NCBI GenBank assembly: GCA_964270895.1
Contig: OZ185440.1
DNA: 64,000 nt
Reading direction: 5' to 3' (one strand)
From: Podarcis filfolensis
Lineage: Eukaryota
The position numbers and the translations under genes were made by a program. Below, piece by piece: positions 49,304 through 62,639 of the stretch. Below the pieces are notes generated by a model. The model was not told where the DNA came from. It was given only the letters and a program-made list of their open reading frames with translations, and did no database searches. Positions within the stretch are counted from its first letter, which is position 1, and every line of letters starts with the position of its first letter.

Positions 49304-50379
49304 GTGGTAGATCAAAGGAACTATTTGTAAATTAGAACTACAAAACATTGCTAAAGGACTTCATGAAGAGAAATGTCCAATGCTTTTGTTAGGCAAAAAT
49401 ATTCCAGACCAGCAATAGCCAATGTGCTGTTTTCTAGCTATGGCTGGACTACAACTCCCATAATCCCTGACTCCTGACCATATTGGCAGGGGCTGGTGGC
49501 AGTTGGGAGTCCAGCAACATCTGGATTTTGGGCTACCCCTGCCTAGTGAGTAGATTTCTAGTGCCAACACCCTGCTTAGTTGAGAAAACCCAACTTTAGA
49601 GCATCCCCAACCTCTTCTGACGCCCTCTAGCCCTCTAAGGAATCAGTTCTATTGTTGACATGCTCTTAACCATCAAAACATTTCTCCTATTTTAGTTAAA
49701 GTCTGTCCTCCTATCCTTTAAACCCATTAGATATTGTCCTGTCGTTTGGGACACCAGAGAAGAAGCCATTGCCCTTCTTGGCAAGCATCTGAAATGACCT
49801 GGAAAGTAAAACGGAGAGGGCATGATGACATTTCCATTTCAAATGTACACCTCATGGTGGCACCACTGCTTCAGGGCTGTAGTGTGGATTTTTTGCTTCT
49901 GGGATCCAGCACTTGTCTTGCAAATAAGTGAACGTGTCCCTGTTAAAGCAGTGGTTATTTCCAGTGCAGCAGCTTCCTTCATACCTCTTTACTACATTTT
50001 CTTAAGTGGCTGATTCTCCTCAGTGGCTTTTGATACCACTGGCCATGTTATCCTTCTGGGCCATCTGTGGGAGCTAGGAAGCACTCCTTTGCAGTGCTTC
50101 CATTCATATTCTGTGGCAGCTTCAGACAATAGCCCTGGGTGACTTCTGCTTGGGCCAGAGCTAGCTTTCTCGCGGAATCGCACTCGGTTTAGTCTTAATT
50201 GTCCATGGTATTTGTACGAAGCCACTGGAAGCAGCCATCAGAATTGGAGCACCAAGTCATCAGTATGCTGATATCACACACAGTGTTCTCTTTTCCACTT
50301 GTACCAAGCAAGGCACTGCAATTGCTCCGTCAGTGCCTGGAGGTGGTAGTGAGCTAGATCTGACCCAATAATTCATCTT

Positions 50380-50590
50380 CAGTGTAGTGTAGTAGTTACA
50401 GTGTTGGATTGGAACCTGGGAGATGGGCTCAAATCCCCAATCAGCCATGAAGTTCACTGGGTAGCCTTGGACCAGTTCACTGTCTCTCAGCCTAACCTTC
50501 CTCACAGGGTTGTTATGAGGATAAAATGGAGAACCAATATATCTGCTGCCTTGATTTCCTTGGAGGAAAAATGGAATAGAAATGTAATAT
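50380..50590 (+). mobile_element. tRNA-derived SINE (Squam2-like)
   Basis: tRNA-like head, core cagcctaaccttcctcacagggttgttatgagg, tail aatgtaatataaat. Confidence 0.7.
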
Positions 50591-50734
50591 AAATTAACTG
50601 AAGCTGAATCCAAACAAGGCAGAAGTGCTATGGGTGTCCAGGAGGGGGCAGAATTAGCTGTTCTTGATAGGGTGCACTTCTTTTGAAGTTTGTGTATTTT
50701 GGGGACACTCCTGGAATCGTCTTTTTTTGTCACT

Positions 50735-51487
50735 CAAGGCCAAGGTGGCCGTGGCTAGGAAAGCCTATGTCCAGCTTCAGCTTATGTTCCAATACAGTGG
50801 TACCTTGGGTTAAGTACTTAATTCGTTCCGGAGGTCTGTTCTTAACCTGGAACTGTTCTTAACCTGAAGCACCACTTTAGCTAATGGAGCCTCCCACTAC
50901 CGCCGGAGCTTGATTTCTGTTCTCATCCTGAAGCAAAGTTCTTAACCCGAGGTACTATTTCTGGGTTAGCGGAGTCTGTAACCTGAAGCGTATGTAACCC
51001 GAGGTACCACTGTATAACCATTTCTGGATAGGAATACCTTGGCTGTAGTTGTGCATGGGGCTGTCTTTGAAAACTCTCTTGAAATCACAACTAATGAAAA
51101 ATGCTACAGTAATAATATTAATTGGAACAGCAGGCCATAAGCACATTACTCCTATCTTGAAAAAACTACACTGGTTGCCAGTTGTTTTCTGGGCCAAAAT
51201 CAAGGTGCTTACTTTGATGTTTGAAGGCCTAAATGGCGTGGGACCGAAATAGCTGCAGGAATGCCTCCTTTCAACTCAACCTACTTGTGTTTAAGATCAG
51301 CAGGTGACACCCTCTTGGTGGTCCCTAAGCAAGATTGTGAGTGGCCCAGGGAAGGGCCTTTTCTATAGTGGTGCCTTGCAAGTGGATCACTTTTCCTACA
51401 AAGGTGCACCTGGCCCCACCTCTTTATAGTTTTAGGCACCTGATTAAGATGCACCTCTTTCAGTAGGCATTTGGAGGATAAATGGAT
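50735..51487 (+). mobile_element. L2 LINE ORF2 3' fragment interrupted by MITEs
   Basis: Encodes HITPILKKLHWLPVVFWAKIKVL, a typical L2 C-terminal motif. Confidence 0.8.
50795..51012. mobile_element. Tc1/mariner MITE
   Basis: CAGTGGTACC TIRs with TA flanks. Confidence 0.93.
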
Positions 51488-51489
51488 TA

Positions 51490-51725
51490 CAGTGCTACCT
51501 CAGGTTAAGTACTTAATTCGTTCTGGAGGTCCGTTCTTAACCTGAAACTGTTCTTAACCTGAAGCACCACTTTAGCTAATGGGGCCTGCCGCTGCGCCGC
51601 CGCCGCCTGATTTCTGTTCTCATCCTGAAGCAAACTTCTTAACCTGAGGTAATATTTCTGGGTTAGCAGAGTCTGTAACCTGAAGCGTATGTAACCTGAA
51701 GCGTATGTAACCCAAGGTACCACTG
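51490..51725. mobile_element. Tc1/mariner MITE
   Basis: Same family as 50795-51012, with TA flanks. Confidence 0.93.
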
Positions 51726-51727
51726 TA

Positions 51728-51959
51728 CAGTTACGAACTTAATTCGTTCTGGAGGCCCGTTCTTAACCTGAAACTGTTCTTAACTAGAGGCGTGCTTTCG
51801 CTAATGGGGCCTCTTGCTGCTGCCGCTGCGCCACCAGCACACGATTTCCGTTCTCATCCTGGGGCAAAGTTCTCAACACAAGGTAACTCTTCCAGGTTAG
51901 CGGAGTTTGTAACCTGAAGCGTTTGTAATCTGAAGCGTTTGTAACTCGAGGTACTACTG
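51728..51959. mobile_element. Tc1/mariner MITE, directly in tandem, with an internally deleted left TIR
   Basis: Starts cag-ttacgaac right after the shared TA. Carries ctggggcaaagtt as in 12740-12956. Confidence 0.88.
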
Positions 51960-53694
51960 TATTGGCAATATTATTATTATTATTATTATTATCATCAGCA
52001 GCAGCAGCAGCAGCATTATCATTATTATTTATTTATTATTTATACCCCACCCATCTGGCTTAATTTCTGCAAGCAAATTGGTTCAGGCCCCTGACAAGAG
52101 TGATGTTCCCCTCCTACAGCAGCCTGCTGGACATGCAACAATGGGAGAGAGAGAACAGGGTGGCCTCTCACCAGCTGCTTGTTCAGCCCTAACCATAGTC
52201 AACATGTGGCCCCAGACAGACTACCCTCAAGGGAATGTGGCCTTTGAGAGGAAGATGTTTGGCCGCTCCTGTTTGAACTGAACTGGACTGGTGTACCATA
52301 GTGTGTTTGTCCCCCAGCCAAGAGAGCTGCCTCTAAGAACAGTCAGGAAAGGGATGCCACATCAACAGTTTTCAGCGCAGGCACCTGTCAGAGGAGGCTG
52401 CTTTAGGCCGCACCATCCTGCGATGGAACAAAAGGCCCCTAGCTACTGCTTAGTGCTAGCCGGAGAACATTCCTTCGATGTGTGGAGCGCCAGGAAATTC
52501 TTGCCTTTTCTTCATTATGGAATGATTCCTTTTTCTCCTTTCTGTGCAGATCATGACTTGGCTCATTCTGCCAGGACAGGCTGAAGAAGAGGATGGAGTA
52601 CTAGCTCTTTAGGCAGTGAGTAGCATAGGAAAATTTGGCAGGCAGAGGGTTATTAGAAGGGAACTAGATTTGAAGAACATTGCAGTGGGCCAGATTCAAC
52701 TAAGTAGGTCTGCTGGCTGGAGCCAATGCCAGGACTCCTGCTAGCACAATGGGACTTTGAGTTCATGTTTAGAATTGGAGTTTTACTCCCAATCAACCAA
52801 GTTTCCCTTGTTTTCAGTGGAACTTAACTCATGACTAATGTTTGCTAGACTGGGGACTTCTTCTTTAACAACAACAAAAAAAAGGAATATCAAATATCAA
52901 GCAGCTTTCCTTTAAAACAATGTTTATCATATTTTTAATCAATACTTTTTATATGCTCATGAACCACTGCATATACATCCATTTATGACAGGCTACAGTC
53001 CTAAGTGCCTAAAAGGAAGCCCCACTGACCCCGGCTTAAAGTGGAATTATAAAGTAGCCATGCTAGCCCATTTAAAAGTTTTGTCTGAGAGAGGCGTTGG
53101 GCTGCAACTCACCTTGCTTTGTAGACTGGCATGGGAAGGGTAAATAGGGAGGAACCTCCAGTCTTCCTTTTGCTGATCTATTTATTCAGTATTATACTGA
53201 TACTCTCAGAGCCCCTGGCCTCATTTCCTACTTCCTTTTCTTCATGCTCATCCTGGGAGATGAGACATCTTCATGAGTCTCTCCAGCAGACATCAGTGAG
53301 CTCCATGTATCTCCACCTGAGTGAGAACTAGGATCTTTCCTATCAAGAATGTGTTTCCTTTAATAAACTTAGCTTTCTTATTTTCAAAACTCAAGAGTCT
53401 CAGTGTAAAGTGCGCTTCTTCAACAGTGTTTCAGTTAAGCTTCCAAGTTGCATGTTAACGCAAAAAACCATGAGAAAGTTCCTTATTGACCTTGGAGCAG
53501 CAAGGCATAACAGCAGATTTAAAGCATGCATTATGGTATTGCAATCAAAAACTTTTATTAACTATTAAATTCTACCCCTAGAGACAGAGATCTATTTGTG
53601 TACTAGCGCTCTATTTGTGAACTGGCAGAAATCCAAGAACATGTTAACTCCTGGGCTGTCTCCTTTGACAGCCACCTATTACAATACTGAATTC

Positions 53695-53751
53695 GAAGAA
53701 GAAGAAGAAGAAGAAGAAGAAGAAGAAGAAGAAGAAGAAGAAGAAGAAGAA
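53695..53751. repeat. (GAA)19 pure microsatellite
   Basis: Read directly from the sequence. Confidence 0.97.
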
Positions 53752-54769
53752 GAGTTGTTAAGCAATAGGTATATGTGGGGAACATCTGGTAGGATTAAAT
53801 TTAGAAGGGATACTTAAATCATGCTATCAGATAAGAAAAAAGTACACTGTCCACTGCACAACATAAAAATACAAAATGAAAATGCAAAATACATAATATT
53901 ATAACATAAAAATTAAAGACAACATAAAAAACCCTCCTACAAGCACATTTAAAAGCCCATCTTTCTTTGGCAATCACTTGTAGCCGAATAAGATTGTTTT
54001 CCAATAAAACAGTCTTAACAGTGAGTGTGTAAGTGACTGTGGAGGCTAATTCTGGATCCACATGTCCTTCCACAGTGGGGACATAGGTTTCCGCTGAGGG
54101 TTTGCCAAAAGTGCCTTATTCTTGGCTCCTTTCTCCTTTTTGCCCTGAGTTCATGCTTCTTCAAAGTCCATGGCACCTTTGGTAAAGTCTGTTCTCCAGT
54201 TGGAATGCTTGCAGGCCAGTGTTCCCCAGTTATCTTTTTTTAAAATCATTTTTATTAAGTTTTCCATTTTAACAATCCAATCAAATCACATTAAATATTC
54301 CAAATTATACGTATACATATCAAATAATCCAAATATTCTGCCAAATTATAATTTTTTTATTGGGACTTCCCATGCTTCAAGTTTGGCAGGGCTCTGATCA
54401 TCTCATATCTCTACTGCTTTTAATAGTAATTTATAATAGTTCCTTTAAATCTTCCTGTTGTTTTCCTTCTTTCGTGGCCTCTGAGTTGTTTCCACAAGCG
54501 AGTTGAAGTAAAATGATGTGTTTCTGTGTGAATTTTATGTGTATGATTCCCCTCTGTCCGTTGCAGCATCTCCTCACACACTGGTGCTTCTGCCAAATCA
54601 ATCCAAAAGTCTTTTCGCTGCTGGCAGCTGCCATCTTCTCTCAGTCCCAATGAAATCAATTCTAGGCGTCTGCTCATTAATTTTCCCAGACCAGTTGCAT
54701 CAAACATTAGCCTTTCCCGGGGAGATTTACTAAATTGGACTTGAAATACAAATATAACAACATATTAAA

Positions 54770-55190
54770 GGCTCACCTCCCCCTATGACTATTTATAATT
54801 CTGCAGCTCCGTCTTATTCCATCATGGTGGATTTCCAAATTAAAAAGTGTTCCCCAGTTATCAGTGTTTATACTACATGTTTTAAGATTTGCCTTGAGAG
54901 CATCTTTAAACTTCTTTTGTTGTCCATTTTGCTTTCCATTCTTAAGTTGGGAATAGAGTAGTTGCTTTGGAAGGCATCCGAACAACGTGACCAGTCCAAC
55001 GAAGTTGATGTTGAGGAATCATTGCTTCAACACTGGTGATTGTTGCTTCTTCCAGTACATTGTCATTAGTTCTCCTGTCTTCCCAAGTGATGTGTAAAAC
55101 TTTTCGGAGACGCAGTTGATGGAATCTTTCGAGGAATTGGAGATGGAGTTTATAAGTGGTCCATGTTTCGATTGTTTAATCAGGCAAAGA
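54770..55190 (-). mobile_element. RTE-clade LINE (non-BovB) ORF C-terminal fragment
   Basis: Minus-strand frames read ETWTTYK...LERFHQLRLRKVLHITWEDRRTN and LPKQLLYSQLKNGK...KKFKDALKANLK. Confidence 0.85.
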
Positions 55191-57149
55191 CCTAACGGAA
55201 GAGGAACAATTTGGCCTGGTGCCTAAAGATATGTAATGAAGGCACCAGGTGATTCCCGCTGGGGAGAGCTTCCACAAATGGAGAGCCACCACCGAAAAGG
55301 CCCTTTCTCTTGTTGGCACATGAAGAATATCAGCTTCAGTAAGAAGTGGATTCAGCTAAAGAAGTACCACATTGTATTTATTAAAATGTGTTACCTGTTG
55401 CTTTTTATTACAAAATAATCCCAAAGTGGAGGTGCAATACCATAAAACACCATAAAACCATGCAAGCCATCAACAAACAGTAAAACCAGACACCAACTCT
55501 ATCTGAGGAATAACCAGAGTGCCCTTCCTCGGGTTGTAGCATTTTCAATCCCTGACAAGTGTGGCGCTGTCAAGAGGGTGCCCCTATTAGCACTTAATAC
55601 TTGGGCAGGCCCATAAGTTAGAAGGTGCTCCCTCAGGTATCCAAGTTCTAAGCCAGGTGAAGAACCTTTTTGGCTTGGCAAACCAGATCTTTATCTCCCC
55701 ACCCCAACCCTGTGCAGGCCAGCTTTGACTAGTGAACATTACTACCCACCTGTCAGTCACTGGACATCATTGCTGGTATGCAGCCCCTGGAGGGCTGCCC
55801 AAGGTTAGCCAAACATGGTTAGCCACCCCTAGTTTACTGCATACTCAAATGTTTATTCATTTTTGCATTGCATTTATTAGCTGGACAATATACCTTAATT
55901 TATTGATGGATATATAGAGATTTTGGGAACAATGTCCCCCCCCCGCCCCGTAATAACAAAGAAAGGAAAAAAGTGAGGAAAGATGAAAGACCCGTGGACA
56001 TCTTATTTACAGCTAGCAGCATTGTGTCCTCTGCTGCTCAGTAATTCTAAGAAACCGAAACATCAGCGCTGGTTTGAAAAGTTCAGTCTGCTATTTTGAT
56101 CGAAACTGCCATCCCATTGCATCCAAACATATTTGAAAACCTGCTCCTTGCTCTCCGCAATTCCATGTAAAATTTGGTTATGATATCTTGAGATGTATCT
56201 AAATGCATAGCAAAGCAGGCAACATTGCAAAGTATATAGTAGATTGGGAGGTAAATCTCTGTTCACTTAAAAATCAGGTATCTACTTCACCAATTTAATA
56301 TAATATTTATACTATTGTTCAGAATTCTTTGCCATTTGTGAAAATTGTGCATCAGAAACATTAATTACAATGATCAACTTCTTTAGAAGTTCTTTAGAAA
56401 TCTATAATGTCTATACCCTTACCTTATGTAATATTAAAGGGGAAAATGGGGAATTTATAAATAATTAAAAACACAGAGGAAGTACTGATTCGTTATGGAG
56501 TGATATCTGTATCTGTCATAGATTCCTAAAACCCACTGATGAAACTAGACACCATTTTGGCACAATAAATGCAAATCATATGTAAAAATTAGACCCAGGC
56601 ATATCTCCACTATGATATACGCCAGAGAATTTCACCTCATCATTCTTCTTGCAAACACAGAACATCTGGTTGAACAGAAAGAGGCCCTTTGCAAGATATC
56701 ACTATCTTGCAGAAGGAAGTATATAATTATGCATTGCCTGGAGAGAGAAAAGCTTTACTCCCTCCTCTTGTAATATTAGAACCTGGAGACATCCCATAAT
56801 GTTGGAAGATTCGGGATAGCCAAACGAAAGTACTTCTTCACACACACATAGCATTTATCCACACTTAACTTTCCTCCATGCTTTCAAGGCACAGACTGCG
56901 CCTTAAAGCTCTGTGCCTAAGCACCCTTTTTTCACTCTAGATCTTTCCCCATGAAAACCCACTCTTTAAAGCTCAATCGGAGCAAGCGAAAATCCACAGA
57001 AAACCTAAATTGACGTCTGCTCTGATTAAGCACTAAAGGGCAGGTTTTTGTGGGGAAAGCTCTGGGGTAGGGGGACAATCCAACTTGGACACTGAGCTTT
57101 TAAGCGTGGTCCTGTGCCTGGAAAGAGAAGGGCAAAAGCTAAGTGTGGA

Positions 57150-57848
57150 TAATAGTTGAACTATAGAATTCACTCGCACAAGAAGTAGTGAGGGCCACCA
57201 GCTTGGATGGCTTAAAAAATGGATTAGACAAATTCGTGCAGGATAAGGCAAACAACATCTACTTGCCACCTCCACTGTTGGAAGCAGTATGCCTCTGGAT
57301 TCCAGTTACTGGGAATCATGGGTTTGGTGATAGCTGTTGTGCTTAGATCAGGGGTCAGCAAACTTTTTCAGCTGTGGGCCAGTCCACTGTCCCTCAGACC
57401 TTGTGGGGGGCCGGATTATATTTTGGAGGGGGAAAATGAACGAATTCCTATGCCCCACAAATAACCCAGAGATGCATTTTAAATAAAAGCACACATTCTA
57501 CTAATGTAAAAACACCAGGCAAGCCCCACAAGTAACCCAGAGATGCATTTTAAATAAAAGCATATGTTCCACTCATGTAAAAACACCAGGCAGGTCCCAC
57601 AAATAACCCAGAGATGCATTTTAAATAAAAGGACACATTCTACTAATGTAAAAACACGCTGATTCCCGGACCATTTGCAGGCCGGATTTAGAAAGTGATT
57701 GGGCCGGATCCAACCCCCAGGCCTTAGTTTGCCTAACCATGGCTTAGATATTGCTTTCAGGTTTGCTATCTGTTGACCACTGTGCGAACAGAGACACTGG
57801 CCTAGATGTGCCATTAGCCAGAACCAGAAGGCTTTTCTCATGTTCTTC
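57150..57848 (+). mobile_element. CR1 LINE 3' end interrupted by a hAT element
   Basis: gagggccaccagcttggatggc...gacaaattc continues after the insertion to gcttttctcatgttctt. An upstream CR1 piece lies at about 56743-56860. Confidence 0.7.
57349..57741. mobile_element. hAT non-autonomous element with about 2.9 copies of an internal 71-bp tandem repeat
   Basis: Perfect 8-bp TSD gcttagat at 57341-57348 and 57742-57749. Repeat units start at 57453, 57524 and 57595. Confidence 0.92.
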
Positions 57849-59130
57849 TGAAAGAGCAGCAATTCCACTTGGAGAGCCCATGCAGACAGCTAAGCTATTT
57901 TGTCACATATTCACTCAAGTGTATTATATTGCCAATTAATTAGGGAATGTGCAACCTTCAGGTGCAAACGTGTTTTAAATTTGCATTGAATGTGCTTGAA
58001 ATGTATTGTGTGGATCCACGTAACAACTGTGCTTTCCTTCTGCAACAAAGCAGTCATGTGATATATGTTGCACCCTAAATGTTGCAATTCATTTCTAATT
58101 GTGGTTAACATTGTTGTATGGATTAAGACATATTTAAAAGAGCAGGTTTTCTGAAATACATTTGATGGAGTTTTTGTACTGGATGAAAGACTAAAAAGAC
58201 ATTTGGTAATGAATGGATTAAGAAATATGATGACGCAATTACCTAGGCCCGATTCCTTCCTAACAGGTTAAACAAGAAATCAAGTTCTGCAGTCTTTGGT
58301 ATGCAAAATGATATGGTATGGTTGCAAGTCTCATTTTTAAATACAGTGGAAATCTCATAAAATTATGCATTAAAATTTAAATTAAAGAGAAGCTGTCTGT
58401 ACTCTTTGATTTTCAGCTGACAAAAAAGATAAAATTAGGTGTTTGATAGTGATATATAAATATTTTATATGCAGAGAGGAAATGTCCGCATGGAATCATA
58501 GCTTAAACACGCCACATGAGAGCCAAAGTTCAATGCTCTCATTTCAGGATTCCAGCCAGGCAAAAAAACTAGCACTCCAAAACACTGCCAGCTCACAAAG
58601 TCCAAAAGCTAAGCAGTTCTGTGTCTCTGGGCTTTTCTGAAAACTCTGGTCTCACTCAAAACTGCCGTCAACTGTTCTTCTCACAGAGAGACAGACACCT
58701 TGTCATGCTTCCCTTGACCACCCATTCAATTCACCTTCTATTTAAAACATTTTTTTATGAGGCAATAATCAATATTTTTATTTATAGACATATTTATGGA
58801 CATATTTCTAGCTGATTTTGCGCACTCACCCTCACCTGCACCCCTGGCAGGGGCCTACCTCACCACCCCCTAGTTACAGACCTGCCTAGAAGTACACACA
58901 ACATCCAGAGCGCCTTCCAGCTATTCTGCCATATGCATGTGTGATCTTTATACTGCCTTGCTCTGGGTTTCAACTCAAACCCAGTAATATTGGTGAATCA
59001 TTCAGCACTGATTTTGAGAGAAGCCAGATTCAGCCAAGAGTGCCCTGCGGCCCTGTTTTTGTCGTGGGACATTTCTCAAGTTTGAGCTGGATACAGCCCA
59101 ATGTAGGTGTAAAGCTCACATTGCAGAGTA

Positions 59131-59371
59131 TAGTCAAACCTCGGTTTTTGAACGTCTCGGCTGCCAAATGTTTCAGAAGCCGAATGCCGAAAACCCAGAA
59201 GTGAATGCTTCCATTTTCGAATGCACCTTAGACGTCAAATGGCTTCTGAGGCACATTTCTCAATTTTTTCAATGGTTTTTGCTGCCAGCCCTTTGATCCT
59301 CGGTTTTCGAATGTTTCAGAAGTTGGATGGATTTCCGGAACAGATTACATTCGAAAACCGAGGTTTCACTG
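59131..59371. mobile_element. Tc1/mariner-type MITE, third family
   Basis: TIR (C)AGTCAAACCTCGGTTTT and AAAACCGAGGTTTCACTG, with TA flanks. Confidence 0.88.
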
Positions 59372-59698
59372 TACCAGAGGCTGATCAAGAATGTGAGAAG
59401 AGAGCTGAGTCTAGCATCAAGGTAACTCAAACCTCCTGGCCTGCAATAGCAAAAGTAGGAAGAGACATTAAACAGTTATGCTAACTGAAGCTGATGGGAG
59501 TTGTAGTCTAAAACACACAGAGGGCCAGTTTGGGAAATTCTGCAGTAAGACATATTCAAATGTATTTCATTGGCCAATATCTACTCCCAGTTGCATCTTC
59601 TCTCCTACACAAACCCATGTATTGGGAGCTCACGCAGTTTAAAACAGGGACATCAGTTATTCATACATGTGGTGGCAAACCTGCTCACAAAACCAGTT

Positions 59699-59928
59699 AA
59701 AGGTAAAGGTAAAGGGGCCTCTGATCATTAGGTCCAGTCGTGGCCGACTCTGGGGTTGCGGCGCTCATCTTGTTTTATTGGCCAAGGGAGCCGACATACA
59801 GCTTCCAGGTCATGTGGCCAGCATGACCAAGCCGCTTCTGGCAAACCAGAGCAGTGCACGGAAATGCCGTTTACCTTCCCGGAGTGGTACCTATTTATCT
59901 ACTTGCACTTTGACGTGCTTTCAAACTA
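59699..59928 (-). mobile_element. Sauria SINE, 5'-truncated
   Basis: Tail and 3' two-thirds of the Sauria body. Confidence 0.9.
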
Positions 59929-61439
59929 CCATTGCTATAAAAAGATTAGGGTGCACACACACAGCAGACACACAAAATATTCCCTGAGAAAAATTACACT
60001 TTATTTTAGCAGACAGAACAATCCCAAAAAGCCATCTTGGATTTCCTAATGATTCCAAATATTTCCTCTGCAGATGGAAATATATTGGGGAAATATTTCC
60101 CAACAGTTCTTTCACTTACAAATCCTTCAAATCCTGTCTTGAGAGCATATTTTGTGTATGAATAGGGTATGCCTGTGACCTAGATTCAAGAACTAAAATA
60201 TTTACCATCTCAAAAGCATGGTCAGGCTGTCCAGGTAATGCAATCTGTAAAACATTATAGGGTATCTTGACAGGCAGGAGAGAAGTCATGTACTCAAATT
60301 TCTCCTATGGACAGCCTCCTTCTGCGATGTATGTATGCTGCTTTTGGGGTGGTCTTTGGTTAAGGGGTTGGGCAATTTCAAAAGTCTTTAAAGGGGCTTG
60401 CACACCTTTGTTCTTGGTTGCTCACCTCCTTGCAAAGGGGGGGGGAGGACTCTGTTGCAACAGAAAAATAAATATCTTCCTTCTTTCACTGGATTTTGCC
60501 TCCATCCATTCTTCTCTGACCGATCATGGACTTAGAGGACTCTAAGTCCCTTGGGAATTTGGGTTGCAAAAGCCAACTCCAATTTTTCTAAAACACCATG
60601 CACAGATTCAAGCAAACTCATAAGTAAAATCAACAGCCAAAAAAGTAGTCAGATGCCATCAAAAATTAGATTTATTTGTTCACCCAATGGCTCTGAAACC
60701 AAGTGTGTGATGCACCCTAGTGCTATGTGGATTGCTGCAAAGCACAAGTATTTAAAGAACAATGAAAGGAAAAAAACCATCGAAATGTATTATGTGGGTG
60801 TTTAAAAATCCCTCAGCCTTACCTAACACACTCAAGAATGCAAAATAATCCCTGGTCTCTCTTGCCTGGCCTGTCTGACTGGTTAATAAGTAAGTCACAT
60901 ACAGCAATTACAGCAGGCAGGCAACTCCCAGAGCTGTTAATACTCCTCCTGTGTTTCTCTTGCCAATACCCACGTTCTCCTTGCACACACACATACCATG
61001 TTAATTCCTGGTCAGGTTCCCTCCTTCCAGAAACCATGAAGCAATAATTAAATTCTCTATAGTAAGAGTCTCCTACTGGGAAAAGGCCAAGGACAAACCA
61101 GGTTACATTTGCTGGGCTGCTTTAAACAAGAAAGAGGCTTGCTCTCACACACAAAACAATCAAGAACAGAGTCTTTGGAAGTCTTGCATTCAAATTCTGC
61201 TGTGACCTCATTAGGCTATCTTGAACAATCTATTATTATCTTAGCCTCTTGTGCAAATCCCTTCTGCAGTATAGGGATAATAATTCTGATCTCCTTAAAG
61301 ATAGTTATTGTAAGGAGGATTTTTGAGATAATGTATGGGAAGTGCTAAATATCATTGAAACATGATATTTAAATACTGCTGTTATCATTTACAGTGATAA
61401 TGGCTCCTCCATAACCATGATGCAGAAACTGGTGGTATT

Positions 61440-61552
61440 GTTGCTAAATGCCAGGTCTGTCCAGAATAAAACATAAAGCACCCATGATTTGATTGTGGAT
61501 GAAGGGACAGACTTGGCATATTTAACTGAGACCTGGGTGGATGTGTTGGGTG
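61440..61552 (+). mobile_element. L2/CR1-group LINE endonuclease fragment
   Basis: Reads LNARSVQNK then, after a frameshift, IVDEGTDLAYLTETWVD (APE motifs N and ETW). Confidence 0.7.
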
Positions 61553-62639
61553 ACCCTGTGCAAATCAGACATGCCCATTCCAGAATTAGTCAGGAGATAA
61601 AAACCCATAACAGGCCCGGCTGTAAGATGTTACTAGTTAGGAACAGGTGGGTGTCCTAGAAACTTGGGTACCAGCCTTGAGATAAGGGGCTGTAAATCTC
61701 CAGCAGCTGGCAGATATTTCATGAGACACTCAATTCCCAAGAGCCCTTGATCTATCCAGACACCCCCCCTGCTGCTGCCAATGAACCTCAATTTGTCCAA
61801 AGTCCAATAATAAAGCATAACTACCCTAACTAATATTTACATGTCACAGGAGTTTACTAAATGGTGACAGGGAGCTACTACCAAAAAATCCATTCTCTTA
61901 TTATTATTCCTGGAAATAATAGTTTATCTATGATTAGTTAACTATCAGCATAATTCTATACATGTTTACGTAGACTGGTATGTATCCCCAAACTCAATGG
62001 GACAAACTAGTAAGTGTGTTTGGAATGACAATTCACAGTATTGAATATTGGCACAACCTCAGTTATATTGTATCTGTTTTCTATCAGATTTCTATCAGAT
62101 TTCTGTCAGCTGTCTAGGTTGCCCTGAGGCAACAAGTAGACTTAACAAGAGTGCTGGTAATGTGTTGGCATGGGAACTAATAAATAATTAGCCAACTGAT
62201 TATTCATTTGGACAACTATCAGAGAAGGTACTAGCCCCCTCCTAGTTAAGGATGTGTTAATCCAAGTGTAAACATACACTGCAGTTTGAGAAAAACAGAA
62301 ATATACAGAGAACTCAGCTAGGGCTTTAGCAATATTTTAGGATGCTATACCTGCCTCCCTGCTACAGGTGTAGGGAACTACACTACAATTACCATCATCC
62401 CTGGGCTTTTGCTGTGCTAGCTGAGGCTCATGGAAATCGTAGCTTAGGAACATCTGGAAGGCTGAAGGTTCCCCACACCTGCCTTACTAGATGAAAGAGT
62501 GGACAAGACTCCAACACCTTTAATAGTTATGTAGGAGAGAGAATTTTGGCATGTGTAACTTGCATGACAAGCCCAACCTGCTGAAATCTCTACACAATTA
62601 TTAACAGTGTGGGAGCCCTGCCTGATATTTCACACAAGA

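Noticed and set aside
57453-57660. CRISPR-like array
   Set aside because: Contiguous tandem units with no spacers, inside a hAT element in a vertebrate genome.
58161-58270. Coding-looking frame FDGVFVLDERLKRHLVMNGLRNMMTQLPRPDSFLT
   Set aside because: Bounded by in-frame stops, and the nearest acceptor at 58145 enters frames that terminate.
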